A DNA stretch of 64,000 nt, from assembly GCA_035542575.1 (NCBI GenBank), contig DATKLE010000057.1:1627-65626 (forward strand), read 5' to 3'. Made by a program: the position numbers and the translations under genes. Positions 11,449 through 22,463 of the stretch are shown piece after piece (position 1 is the first letter of the stretch; each line of letters opens with the position of its first letter). The notes below the pieces were generated by a model. It worked only from the letters and a program-made list of their open reading frames with translations, did not search any database and was not told the DNA's origin. Source of the DNA: Terriglobales bacterium. GTDB lineage: Bacteria > Acidobacteriota > Terriglobia > Terriglobales > Acidobacteriaceae.

Positions 11449-11480
11449 GGCAATTAGCCATTAGGAATTAGCCCAATGCC
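11449..11480. repeat. Short heptamer tandem repeat CAATTAG CCATTAG GAATTAG within a GGCA...TGCC bracket
   Basis: Read directly at 11451-11471. It lies immediately downstream of the stop of the 11501..11833 gene. Confidence 0.6.
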
Positions 11481-11500
11481 GCCTTGTTCTCATGAGGTCT

Positions 11501-11833
11501 TCATTCGCGTTTGGCGGCCTTGTAGCCGGCCTTCTTGGCTTCGTCCTCGGTCATAAACTTGCCGTTCTTGGTCTTGCCATACCAGCGTCCGCGCTTGTGG
11601 TAAATGCCGGTGCTCAGGTTGACCCAGACTTTGTGGCTGGCCTTGGCGGCGGCGATTTCCTGGGCGGAGGGGGCGGCGGATTCGGACTTCGCACTCTTGG
11701 ATTTGTTGTCGGTGGAGGTTGCCTGGGTAGCCGGGGCGGTTGGCGTTGTGGCACCCGCGACGGCAGCCAAGAGCGTATGCAACAGGCACAAAATCGCGGC
11801 CCAGGTAATCAGCTTCTCACGGGTTGTACTCAC
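11501..11833 (-). CDS. Small secreted protein, unknown function
   Basis: GTG start at 11831-11833 is preceded by a strong SD (GAGGAGAG, complement of 11839-11846). Signal-peptide-like LITWAAILCLLHTLLAAVAGA, a low-complexity linker and a basic C-terminal module (VWVNLSTGIYHKRGRWYGKTKNGKFMTEDEAKKAGYKAAK) follow. Confidence 0.65.
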   Translation of the reverse strand: MSTTREKLITWAAILCLLHTLLAAVAGATTPTAPATQATSTDNKSKSAKSESAAPSAQEIAAAKASHKVWVNLSTGIYHKRGRWYGKTKNGKFMTEDEAKKAGYKAAKRE

Positions 11834-11901
11834 GGCGCTCTCCTCGCGCGGGCATTGGGTCTGGCCGGCGCATTTGGGGGTAAGACGCCGGCGCGCTACA
11901 G

Positions 11902-13167
<1,266 letters not shown>

Positions 13168-13359
13168 GATGTGCTCCGATGATGGCGCCTGGATGGTCAG
13201 ATGCCGCCTGCTCCGGACAGGCCGACGCCCGGAGTGCGGACAAGTTCAGCAGTATAAGCAGGTGGCGGCAGGTAGGCAAGCACTCGGCGGGTGGCCGGGA
13301 TTTGCAATCTCAACAACGACGGGCAGTTACCGGACCGGTGCTGGACCGCCCTTTTCCTC

Positions 13360-13387
13360 TTGACAATCTAGAGAAGCAGGGTACACT
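13360..13387 (+). promoter_or_regulatory. Sigma-70-like promoter for the padR-permease pair
   Basis: TTGACA (13360-13365), a 16-nt spacer, then TACACT (13382-13387). This sits 29 nt upstream of the padR ATG. It is flanked by two copies of ATCTAGAG (13366-13373 and 13399-13406). Confidence 0.45.
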
Positions 13388-13415
13388 TCCACTTGTTTAT
13401 CTAGAGGAGAGGACG

Positions 13416-13760
13416 ATGGGGGAGAAACCCAGCGGCCTGGTGCAGGGCACGCTCGACATGCTCATCTTGAAGACCCTGGCGCTGGAGCCCATGCATGGCT
13501 ACGGCATCGGCCTGCGCCTGGAGCAGATCAGCGGGGGCGTCTTCCAGGTGAATGCAGGATCGCTGTTCCCGGCGTTTCGCCGCCTGGAACGCGCCGGCTG
13601 GATCAAACCTGAGTGGCGCGCCACGGAGAACAACCGCCGGGCGAAGTATTACGTGCTCACGGAACACGGCCGCAAGAAACTCAAGAGCGAAACCCGAGAG
13701 TGGGAGACGCAGACCGCCGCCATCGCCAGAATTCTGGCGGCGTCCCCGGGAGAATTGTGA
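13416..13760 (+). CDS. PadR family transcriptional regulator
   Basis: ATG at 13416 follows the SD GAGGAGAGG. The winged-helix signature is GTLDMLILKTLALEPMHGYGI...SLFPAFRRLERAGWI. The upstream part of the track ORF (from 13179) is non-coding-like. Confidence 0.9.
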   Translation: MGEKPSGLVQGTLDMLILKTLALEPMHGYGIGLRLEQISGGVFQVNAGSLFPAFRRLERAGWIKPEWRATENNRRAKYYVLTEHGRKKLKSETREWETQTAAIARILAASPGEL

Positions 13761-16414
13761 TGCCTGGACTTTGGCGCTTCCTGGGCGGCTTGCGCGCCCT
13801 GTTCCGGAAAGCGCAAGTGGAGCATGAACTCAACGAAGAACTGCTCGACTACCTGGACCAGGCGGTCGAACAGAAAATGCAAGCGGGTATGACCCGTGAG
13901 CAGGCGCTGCGCGCCGCGCGCCTGGAAATGGGCAATCCCGAGGTTGTCAAGGAGCAGGTCCGCGACCAGGGCTGGGAATCCATAGCGGAATCTGTGTGGC
14001 GCGATGTGCGCTACGGCGTCCGCATGCTGGGCCGCAATCCCGGATTCACGCTAGTCGTGGTGCTGACTCTGACCTTGGGCATCGGAGCAAATTCTGCCAT
14101 CTTCAGCGCGGTCAATGCCGTTCTGCTGAAACGATATCCTTTTCCGCAGGCGGACCGCGTGCTGTTCCTCCGCCAGGTGACCGCCACCAATCCTGGCCTG
14201 CTGATTTCCATTCCGAACTTCGAAGACTACCGCCGCCAGCAGAACAGTTTTCGGCAGTTGACGCTGTGGCGGTCAGCCAGCGTGAACTTGACCGGCGGCG
14301 ATCATCCCGAGCGCGTAGTGGGGTCGTTTGTCTCCGACAATTTCTTCGACGTACTCCGAGTGAAGGCTGCGCAGGGCAGGACGTTCCTTCCCGGAGAGGA
14401 CAAACGCAGTGCCGAACCCGTCGTGGTGGTCAGTCACCAGGCATGGACCATGCGATTCGGCGGCGACCCGAACCTGCTCGGCCGGCGCCTGATGCTGAAC
14501 AACGAGTCTTACACCGTAGTGGGAATTCTGCCTCCGGAGTTTCGCGCCTCCTGGCTTTCGTCGAGCGATGTCTATCTGCCCGCCGAACATTCTCCGGCCT
14601 ACCACCTGGACCGCAACGATCCCGCCATGTTCGTGGTCGGACGATTGAAGGATGGGATTACACACCAGCAGGCGCTCGCCGACATTGCCACCATCGAACT
14701 TCGGCTCGCCCACGATTACCCCGATGCCATGAGCGGAATGCACGTTGAACTCACCAGCGTTCCGGAGATGGAGGCGTCGGAATCTTCCGCCAAGCCGCTG
14801 CTGATGCTGCTGGCGGCGGTCCTCATTCTGCTGCTGATCGCCTGCCTGAACGTGGCTACTCTGCTGCTGGCCCGAGGCTCGGCACGCCGGCAGGAACTCG
14901 CCGTCCGCAGCGCGCTGGGAGCCAGCCGCGCCTGCCTGGTGCGCCAGTTGCTGACGGAATCGCTGCTGGTGTCGGTGATCGGCGCGGCGCTCGGGCTGCT
15001 TCTGGCCTTCTGGCTGGTGTGGTCCTTTGCCGATCTCACTCCCTTTGATGTCCCCGCCCAGGCGGCGCTCGATTGGCGGGTGCTGCTGTTCACCCTGTCC
15101 GTGGCTGTGTTCACCGGAGTGGTGGCGGGCATTCTGCCGGCCTTGCGCTTGTCGCGGATGAACCCTGCCACCGCGCTGACCACCGGCACGCGCACCGCGG
15201 GCCATGCCGGACATCGCCTGCACTCCGGGTTTGTGGTCGCGCAGATGGCGCTGGCCATTATCCTCCTGGTCGGCGCCACGCTGCTGGTGAAAAGCTTCCG
15301 CGCGCTCCTGGCCATCCATCCCGGCTTCTCCGGCGAGCAGGTGCTCACCATGGAATACCGCCTGCCGCGCAACAAGTATCCCAGCGGCGTTGAGCAATGG
15401 AACTTCCATCGCGCGATGGTGGAGCACGTGGCGCAGGTGCCGGGCGTGGTCTCCGCCGCCGTGGTGCAGGCCCTGCCCTTGAGCGGGAACTGGGGAGAGA
15501 TGCCGTTCACCCTGCCCGACCGGCCCCAAGCGCGTCCCGGCGAGAAGCCGACTGCACTGGTCACCCTGATTACACCTGACTATTTTTCGACTATCGGAAG
15601 CCCGTTACTGCGCGGACGCGACTTCACCGAACATGATGGCCCCGAGGCTCCGCGCGTGGTCATCGTCACTCGCAGCTTCGCCCAGAAATTCTGGCCCGGC
15701 CAGGATCCCATCGGCCGGGAGATTCAATTCCAGGACAGCGATGTAGTAAGCAACGAGGGCGCGAACCAGATACGCCGCGCGACCATTGTGGGCGTGGCCG
15801 CCGACGTCAAGCAAGTCCACCTGCGCGACCCCGACCGTCCCCTGATCTACTTCCCCTATTCGCAGACGCCGGCCATCTTCGGCACGCTGGTCGTCCGCGC
15901 GGCAGCTGACCCCACGGGCTTGACCGACGCTATCCGCCGCGCGGTCTGGAGCGTGGACAAAGACCAGCCAGTATGGAGAATTCGCACCGTGGCCATGGTG
16001 CTTGATGAGCAGGTCGCTCCTGACCGTCTGATGATGTGGCTGGTGTCATCATTCGGGCTGCTCGCGCTCGCGCTGAGCGTGCTTGGAGCCTATGGTCTGT
16101 TGAGCAACTCAGTGAACCAGCGCAAACAGGAGATCGGCGTGCGCATGGCGCTGGGCGCGACCCCAGGATCGGTGCTGCAGTGGGTACTGAAGCAGGCGGT
16201 GCGGTTGACTTTCGTGGGCGGCTTGCTTGGGATCGCTGGAGGCCTGGTGGCCGCGCGTTTCATGGCGGGCTTGCTCTATGGAGTGGCGCCGGCCGACGTG
16301 ACCGCTTTTGTCCTGGGCTGGGCGTTGATGACGCTGGCCGCATTGCTGGCCAGCTATCTCCCCGCGCGGCGAGCCAGCCGGGTGGATCCCATGGTGACCC
16401 TCCGGTACGAGTGA
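13760..16414 (+). CDS. Duplicated FtsX/MacB-type ABC transporter permease (ADOP family)
   Basis: The ATG at 13760 overlaps the padR TGA by 1 nt (GTGATG). The N-terminus MPGLWRFLGGLRALFRKAQVEHELNEEL is typical of the family. Two FtsX-like 4-TM modules each follow a large periplasmic domain. Confidence 0.9.
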   Translation: MPGLWRFLGGLRALFRKAQVEHELNEELLDYLDQAVEQKMQAGMTREQALRAARLEMGNPEVVKEQVRDQGWESIAESVWRDVRYGVRMLGRNPGFTLVVVLTLTLGIGANSAIFSAVNAVLLKRYPFPQADRVLFLRQVTATNPGLLISIPNFEDYRRQQNSFRQLTLWRSASVNLTGGDHPERVVGSFVSDNFFDVLRVKAAQGRTFLPGEDKRSAEPVVVVSHQAWTMRFGGDPNLLGRRLMLNNESYTVVGILPPEFRASWLSSSDVYLPAEHSPAYHLDRNDPAMFVVGRLKDGITHQQALADIATIELRLAHDYPDAMSGMHVELTSVPEMEASESSAKPLLMLLAAVLILLLIACLNVATLLLARGSARRQELAVRSALGASRACLVRQLLTESLLVSVIGAALGLLLAFWLVWSFADLTPFDVPAQAALDWRVLLFTLSVAVFTGVVAGILPALRLSRMNPATALTTGTRTAGHAGHRLHSGFVVAQMALAIILLVGATLLVKSFRALLAIHPGFSGEQVLTMEYRLPRNKYPSGVEQWNFHRAMVEHVAQVPGVVSAAVVQALPLSGNWGEMPFTLPDRPQARPGEKPTALVTLITPDYFSTIGSPLLRGRDFTEHDGPEAPRVVIVTRSFAQKFWPGQDPIGREIQFQDSDVVSNEGANQIRRATIVGVAADVKQVHLRDPDRPLIYFPYSQTPAIFGTLVVRAAADPTGLTDAIRRAVWSVDKDQPVWRIRTVAMVLDEQVAPDRLMMWLVSSFGLLALALSVLGAYGLLSNSVNQRKQEIGVRMALGATPGSVLQWVLKQAVRLTFVGGLLGIAGGLVAARFMAGLLYGVAPADVTAFVLGWALMTLAALLASYLPARRASRVDPMVTLRYE

Positions 16415-16423
16415 GAGGCCGGG

Positions 16424-17242
16424 CTAGAGAATGATTTCCATCCCCTCGGCCGCTGCCCGCACCTTGGGGTAGTAGTTGCGCGCTTCCTTCACCACGTTAT
16501 CAATGCAAGCATCGTCGTGATCGGGGTCGTGGTGGAAGAGAACCAGTTCCTTCGCGCCGCTCTCCATCACGATGTTGACGGCCTCCCGCCAGTGGCTGTG
16601 TCCCCAGCCGCGCTTGCGGGCAATGTATTCCTCCGGCAGGTACTGCGAGTCGTAGATCAGCACGTCGGCGCCCGCCGCCAGGCGGCGCACATTCTTGTCG
16701 AACTCGGTGTCGCCGGGTTCGTTGTCGGTGGCGTACACCAGTGTTCCGTTCTTGCTTTCGATGCGAAACCCCATACAGCCCTGCGGATGGTTCAGCCAGG
16801 TGCCTTGTATCGTTACCTCATCGAGCGGCATGCGCCCCTCCTCAAAATCGTAAAAGGCGCGTTGCGCTTTCATCTCGGTCATGTCCACCGGGAAGTAGGG
16901 AGAGGTCATCTGCTCTTCCATCACCCGCTTCAGGCTGCGGGTGCGGCTGGAGGAGTGAAACAGAAAACGGTTCTCAGGTTTGTCATAGAGCGGACCAAAG
17001 AACGGAATACCCTGGATGTGGTCCCAATGGAAATGGGAGACGAAGACGTGGGCGCAAATGTTCCGCCCGTTGAATTCGGAGCGCAACTGCTGTCCCAGAG
17101 CGCGGAAACCGGTCCCACAGTCGAAGATGTACAGGCTGTCGCCCATACGTACTTCAACACAGGAGGTATTGCCTCCATAGCGCAGGTTTTCCGGGTGAGG
17201 AGTCGGGGTCGACCCCCGCACCCCCCAAAACTTTACTCGCAT
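16424..17242 (-). CDS. MBL-fold metallo-hydrolase
   Basis: The HxHxDH motif is present as SHFHWDH, in a beta-lactamase-fold context. Confidence 0.85.
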   Translation of the reverse strand: MRVKFWGVRGSTPTPHPENLRYGGNTSCVEVRMGDSLYIFDCGTGFRALGQQLRSEFNGRNICAHVFVSHFHWDHIQGIPFFGPLYDKPENRFLFHSSSRTRSLKRVMEEQMTSPYFPVDMTEMKAQRAFYDFEEGRMPLDEVTIQGTWLNHPQGCMGFRIESKNGTLVYATDNEPGDTEFDKNVRRLAAGADVLIYDSQYLPEEYIARKRGWGHSHWREAVNIVMESGAKELVLFHHDPDHDDACIDNVVKEARNYYPKVRAAAEGMEIIL

Positions 17243-17455
17243 ACGCCCTCAGTGCGATAAATCGTTATCTTCCAACGCATTGAAGGATACGTCAATTGTT
17301 TTGCTGGTTACGGGAGGAGTGGCCCTACTGCAGCTTCGCGAAGCATGCCGGCTGGGCCTAACGCCCCGGCTGGGGCAGAGCGGCAGCGCCATGCCGTTTC
17401 CCGGGCTCCCCTATAATGAACCCGCTGCGCCCCGGCAACCCACTCAGGCGTCCAC

Positions 17456-18943
17456 ATGCCCCTGCCCGATTACAGCGAATTCGCCCGCCTCGCCCGGCAA
17501 GCCACCCTGGTGCCCGTGGTCAAGTCGGTTACCGCCGACCTGCTGACGCCGGTCTCTGCCTTTCTGGCCATTGCCGCGAATGAGCCCCACGCCTTCCTGC
17601 TGGAATCGGTGGAGCGCGGCGAGCAGATCGGCCGCTACACCTTCCTCGGCGCCCGTCCTTATATGCGAGTTCAGGCGCGGGGCCAAGAGATAACTGTGCA
17701 TCGAGGAAGAAGCCGCGAGCAGCGAGGTGGGAGTGTCTTCCAGATCGTGAGGGAACTCCTCCGCCAACATCGGCCAGCCAGCGTGCCCGGACTGCCTCCA
17801 TTCACTGCCGGCGCGGTGGGTTATTTTGCCTACGACATGGTTCGCCAACTGGAGAACATTGGCGAACACAGCAAGGATGATCTCTCGCTGCCCGATGGCG
17901 AACTGATGTTCTTCGATCGCTTATTGGCCTTTGACCATCTACGCCATCAGATTCACATCATTGCCAGCGCGGATGTCGCGCGCGAAACTCCACGCCGGGC
18001 CTACGACCGGGCTCTGGCTGACATTCAAGCCGTCGAGAGAAAACTAGCGCGAGGCCTATCTGGCGGACTCTACGCGAAAGCCAGGGCCCGGCACAGGGCC
18101 AGCTTGAAGGTCCGCGCGACGACCTCGCGCCGGGATTTCCTGCATTCGGTCGAGCGGGCCAAAGAGTACATCCGCGCCGGAGACATCTTCCAGGTGGTGC
18201 TCTCGCAGCGCCTTGACTTTACTCCGGAGGTCGCGCCCTTTGACGTGTACCGCGCCCTGCGCGTGGTCAATCCCTCACCGTACATGTATTTTCTGCGCAT
18301 GGGCGACACCCACGTGCTGGGCTCGTCGCCGGAGATGCTGGTGCGCGTGACCGGGCGAAAGCTGGAATACCGGCCCATCGCCGGCACCCATCCCCGCGGG
18401 CGGGATGACGCTGAAGATCAGCGCCTGGAAAAAGAGATGCTGGCTGACGAGAAAGAACGCGCCGAGCACGTCATGCTGGTGGACTTGGGCCGCAATGATC
18501 TGGGCCGCGTCAGTGAATACGGATCGGTGAAAGTCCGCGACCTGATGTACGTGGAGCGCTACTCCCACGTCATGCACATTGTTTCCGCGCTGGAAGGGAA
18601 GTTGCGGCCGGACCTGGACGCGCTCGATGCCTTGGCCGCTTGCTTCCCCGCCGGCACCCTGAGCGGCGCGCCCAAAGTGCGCGCCATGCAGATCATCGAA
18701 GAGTTAGAGCCGGTGCGGCGCGGCGTCTATGGCGGCTCGGTGCTCTACGCCGACTCTGCGGGAAATCTCGATTCCTGCATCGCCATTCGCACCTTGCTGA
18801 TGCGGGGCAAGCAGGCGTACTTGCAAGCGGGAGCGGGAATTGTGGCGGATTCCGATCCGGCGCGCGAGTACGAGGAGTGTATGAACAAAGCGCAGGCGCT
18901 GCTGAGAGCGGTCGAGGCGGCGAGAACAGCAATCCCTGGGTAG
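17456..18943 (+). CDS. trpE: Anthranilate synthase component I
   Basis: Chorismate-binding enzyme motifs are present: PSPYMYF, GSSPE, LSGAPKVRAMQIIEELE and GAGIVADS. Confidence 0.93.
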   Translation: MPLPDYSEFARLARQATLVPVVKSVTADLLTPVSAFLAIAANEPHAFLLESVERGEQIGRYTFLGARPYMRVQARGQEITVHRGRSREQRGGSVFQIVRELLRQHRPASVPGLPPFTAGAVGYFAYDMVRQLENIGEHSKDDLSLPDGELMFFDRLLAFDHLRHQIHIIASADVARETPRRAYDRALADIQAVERKLARGLSGGLYAKARARHRASLKVRATTSRRDFLHSVERAKEYIRAGDIFQVVLSQRLDFTPEVAPFDVYRALRVVNPSPYMYFLRMGDTHVLGSSPEMLVRVTGRKLEYRPIAGTHPRGRDDAEDQRLEKEMLADEKERAEHVMLVDLGRNDLGRVSEYGSVKVRDLMYVERYSHVMHIVSALEGKLRPDLDALDALAACFPAGTLSGAPKVRAMQIIEELEPVRRGVYGGSVLYADSAGNLDSCIAIRTLLMRGKQAYLQAGAGIVADSDPAREYEECMNKAQALLRAVEAARTAIPG

Positions 18944-19029
18944 GACCATTCCCCGCGGCGGCGCAGGGGAATTTCGCGACGAGAACTCTGGGGTTATAAT
19001 CGCGTCTCGTTATCGCTGCTGGTATCTCG

Positions 19030-21708
19030 TTGTTAAGCACAGGCGCAAAACTTGGGCCTTACGAAATCCTCGCACCGCTGGGCGCGGGTGGCATGGGAGA
19101 GGTATATCGGGCCCGCGATCCCCGGCTCCAGCGTGAAGTTGCCATCAAAGTTCTTCCCTCAGCTTTTGCCAGCGATCGCGACCGCCTGAAGCGGTTTGAG
19201 CAGGAAGCGCGGGCCGCTGGTTCCCTGAATCATCCTAACCTGCTGGCTGTCTTCGACATTGGCACACAAGATGGCTCACCCTACCTGGTCACAGAGCTTC
19301 TGGAGGGGGCAACCCTCCGTGAGTGTCTGCGGGGCGGAGCGCTCGCTTTGCGGAAAGCGCTGGATTATGCCGCGCAAGTGGCCGACGGCCTGGCGGCTGC
19401 GCACGAGCGAGGTATCGTCCACCGCGACCTGAAACCAGAAAACATTTTCGTGTGCCGCGATGGCCGGGTGAAGATTCTTGACTTCGGACTAGCCAAGCTG
19501 ACCAGCAGCGAGTCCTCTCCCGCCGATTTTTCCGAAACCCATTCCCTTCTGACTGGGCAAGGGAGCGTGCTGGGCACGCCGGGATACATGGCGCCGGAGC
19601 AGGTGCGCGGACAAGCCGCCGATGCGCGGGCGGACATCTTCAGCTTCGGTGCAGTTCTGTACGAGATGTTGACTGGCGAGCGCGCTTTCAAGGGCGAGAC
19701 GACCGCCGATGTGGCCAGTGCCATTCTGCGGGCAGATCCGAATCCGCAAGCGCTCAGCAGCCACCAAGTGCCTCCCGCGCTGGAGCGCATTGTCCACCAC
19801 TGCCTGGAGAAGTCGCCGGAGGCGCGGTTCCACTCGGCTCGCGACCTTGCCTTCCATTTACGAGGAGTCTCAGTCACGTCGGAAACGGCGGTGAGCATGG
19901 GCAAACGGCGTACACCCTGGTCTTGGGTCTGGGCGGTCCCTGCGATTTTGCTGGTGGCGGTGCTGGCGGCGACCTGGCAGCGGTGGAGCGTAACTCCTGG
20001 CGGTCCGGCGGACCACACGGTGGACTTCCGCCGCCTCACCGACTTTGACGGGCTGGAGGAAGATCCCGCCATCTCGCCGGACGGCAAGGCAGTGGCTTTC
20101 AGCGCAGACGTAACTGGATCCCGTCAGATCTGGGTGCGGCTGCTCACCGGAGGGCCACCGCTCCAGATCACGCATGATCCAGGAGACCATGTGGAGCCGC
20201 GCTGGTCGCAGGATTCGTCGTCGCTGTACTACTACGTTCCCGCAATGCAGGGGCAAGATCAGGGAACATTGTGGGAAGTGGCTGCGCTGGGGGGCGCGCC
20301 ACGCCGTATCACCAGCAGCCTGAGCGCCGCCGATGTCAGCCACCAAGGCAACAAGCTAGCTTTCTTCCGCCTCAATGAGAAGCGCACAGAACTGGTGGTC
20401 TCGGAAAGCGATGGCACCAATGCCCAGGTCCTCAGCGAGCTTGACGTTGGCTTCGGCTGTGAGCACCCGCGCTGGTCACCCGACGACCGGACGATTGCGT
20501 ATCAGCATGCCAGTGGCTTCTGGAACATGGATCTCTTCTCCGTCAGTGCAAGCGGCGGCACGCCCCGGCGCATTACTCACATTGCAGAACTGATGAACGG
20601 TTTTACATGGCTGCCGGACAGCGCCGGCCTGGTCGTCTCCAGTTCTCTGGGAACCACACTCCTCTACCTTCCCACCATGCACCTGTGGAGGGTTCCCCGT
20701 GAGGGGGGCGAGCCGCATCGCATTACTTATGGCGACGTCAGCTACGAGATGCCGGATATCGGCAAAGATGGCAGACTTTATGTCAGCGCCCGGCACATGC
20801 GCTTCGACATTCGGAAGTTCCCAGTGGACGGCGCCCCTGCCGCCAATGTGTCCCACGCACTGCGCATCACCCGGCAGACTGCGCAGGTGCTTACACCCAG
20901 CCTGAGTCCGGATGACCGGGAAATGGCGTACCTTTCCGACAGCGGAGGCCAAGGGAATGTGTGGGTGATGAACCTGGCCACGGGAGAAACCCGGCAAATC
21001 ACCGCCGAGAAAGCCGGTATCACGGTGGGGATTCCTTTGTGGTCCCCCGACGGTACAAGCATCATTTTTGCAGCGTCGCGGGTCGCGGAGAGTCGGTTCG
21101 ACGTTGACTACTGGACGGTCAACCCTGATGGCAGTAACCAACGAGATATTTTACCGCACGGATCCTGGGCCAGTTGGTCCCCCGACGGCCGCTGGATTTA
21201 CTACTCCTATACATCGCTTGCAGAATCCGGGACGGAGACCTATCAGATCTCCAAGATGTCGGTGGCCGGCGGGCCAGCGACCGTGGTCCGGCAGGAAGAA
21301 GCCACGGGAGTGGCGCTTTCGCCGGACAGTTCGACGATGTACTTCGTGAAGCCTTTGCGCGGCGACAATGGCACGCAGAACTACTTGATCTGTGCGGCCC
21401 ATCCTGAGGGTGGTCCTGAACGCACGCTGGCATCGTTCCCAGGGACCCGAGTTCCCGTGTGGCAGGGATTGCATCCCTCGGTGTCCCCAGACGGCCGATG
21501 GCTGGCACTGCCCCTGAATGACAACTCAGGAACAAACATCTGGTTGGTATCCACGGCGGACGGCAGGATGCGCCAGGTGACAGATTTTGGCGATATCCGC
21601 ACGTACATTGCCCGCCGTGTGACCTGGACCTCCGATGGACACTACCTGTTCGCCGCGGTGGGGCAAGGCGATGCTGACATCGTGCAACTTGGCGGGCTGC
21701 TGCGCTGA
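19030..21708 (+). CDS. Membrane Ser/Thr protein kinase fused to a TolB-like (PD40 / WD40-like) beta-propeller
   Basis: TTG start. Kinase motifs GAGGMGEVY, HRDLKPENIF, DFGLAK and MAPE are present. One TM segment is followed by about seven SPDG/SPDD repeats (ISPDGKAVAF, WSPDDRTIAY, WSPDGTSIIF and others). Confidence 0.88.
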   Translation: MLSTGAKLGPYEILAPLGAGGMGEVYRARDPRLQREVAIKVLPSAFASDRDRLKRFEQEARAAGSLNHPNLLAVFDIGTQDGSPYLVTELLEGATLRECLRGGALALRKALDYAAQVADGLAAAHERGIVHRDLKPENIFVCRDGRVKILDFGLAKLTSSESSPADFSETHSLLTGQGSVLGTPGYMAPEQVRGQAADARADIFSFGAVLYEMLTGERAFKGETTADVASAILRADPNPQALSSHQVPPALERIVHHCLEKSPEARFHSARDLAFHLRGVSVTSETAVSMGKRRTPWSWVWAVPAILLVAVLAATWQRWSVTPGGPADHTVDFRRLTDFDGLEEDPAISPDGKAVAFSADVTGSRQIWVRLLTGGPPLQITHDPGDHVEPRWSQDSSSLYYYVPAMQGQDQGTLWEVAALGGAPRRITSSLSAADVSHQGNKLAFFRLNEKRTELVVSESDGTNAQVLSELDVGFGCEHPRWSPDDRTIAYQHASGFWNMDLFSVSASGGTPRRITHIAELMNGFTWLPDSAGLVVSSSLGTTLLYLPTMHLWRVPREGGEPHRITYGDVSYEMPDIGKDGRLYVSARHMRFDIRKFPVDGAPAANVSHALRITRQTAQVLTPSLSPDDREMAYLSDSGGQGNVWVMNLATGETRQITAEKAGITVGIPLWSPDGTSIIFAASRVAESRFDVDYWTVNPDGSNQRDILPHGSWASWSPDGRWIYYSYTSLAESGTETYQISKMSVAGGPATVVRQEEATGVALSPDSSTMYFVKPLRGDNGTQNYLICAAHPEGGPERTLASFPGTRVPVWQGLHPSVSPDGRWLALPLNDNSGTNIWLVSTADGRMRQVTDFGDIRTYIARRVTWTSDGHYLFAAVGQGDADIVQLGGLLR

Positions 21709-21765
21709 ATTGGGGAACAAATCGGTTCCAGCACAGCGGGTCCGGGGCAACTGAAGAACCGGGGC

Positions 21766-22341
21766 TCAGAGCCTGAGGAAATTTTCGATCAGCCTCTTTC
21801 CATGGTCTGTCAGCACGCTCTCGGGATGAAATTGCACACCTTCGACGGGAAACTTCGCGTGCCGCAACCCCATGACTACCCGCGCCCCGTCATGTTCAGT
21901 CGCAAAGGCGCTCACTTCCAGATCAGAAGGCAGGCCGTTCTCTTGCACAATCAGGGAGTGATAGCGCGTGGCGGTCATGGGGGAGGGAATTCCCTGGAAG
22001 ATCGTCTGCCCATCGTGCTGCACTCTGCTGGTCTTGCCGTGCATGAGGTTCGCCGCCCGCACCACCTTGCCACCGAAGGCCTCGCCGATGGCCTGATGTC
22101 CCAAGCAGACCCCCAGCACCGGGACCTTGCCTGCGAAATGGCGGATCAGTTCGATGCTGATTCCCGCCTCGCGCGGCGTGCACGGGCCCGGCGACACCAC
22201 GATCCGCTCGGGACGCATGGCTTCGACCTCGTCCACGGTTACACGGTCGTTGCGGCGGACCACCACCTCCGCTCCCAGTTCGCCCAGATACTGGACCAGG
22301 TTGTAAGTGAAAGAGTCGTAGTTATCGAGGACGAAAACCAT
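21766..22341 (-). CDS. trpG: Anthranilate / aminodeoxychorismate synthase glutamine amidotransferase component II
   Basis: Class-I GATase signature: GVCLGHQ (catalytic Cys) and FHPES. Confidence 0.9.
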   Translation of the reverse strand: MVFVLDNYDSFTYNLVQYLGELGAEVVVRRNDRVTVDEVEAMRPERIVVSPGPCTPREAGISIELIRHFAGKVPVLGVCLGHQAIGEAFGGKVVRAANLMHGKTSRVQHDGQTIFQGIPSPMTATRYHSLIVQENGLPSDLEVSAFATEHDGARVVMGLRHAKFPVEGVQFHPESVLTDHGKRLIENFLRL

Positions 22342-22463
22342 AACCGCGCGCTTCTGGCTTAGCTTACATCACCGCCTGGCGGTCCCGAATGGGGACAGAG
22401 GTCAAACTACGGCTTGACACTGTGCACGCAAAACCTCATGCTTACCACTTCATTGGAGGGGCC

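Noticed and set aside
14273-15564. Two overlapping minus-strand ORFs of 418 and 282 aa
   Set aside because: Both are antisense to the duplicated FtsX permease and have Arg/Gly/His-rich nonsense composition.
17243-17455. trp attenuator, leader peptide or riboswitch upstream of trpE
   Set aside because: The only small ORF I could read there (ATG at 17345) has no Trp codons. I saw no alternative terminator/antiterminator pair. Only a TATAAT hexamer is notable.
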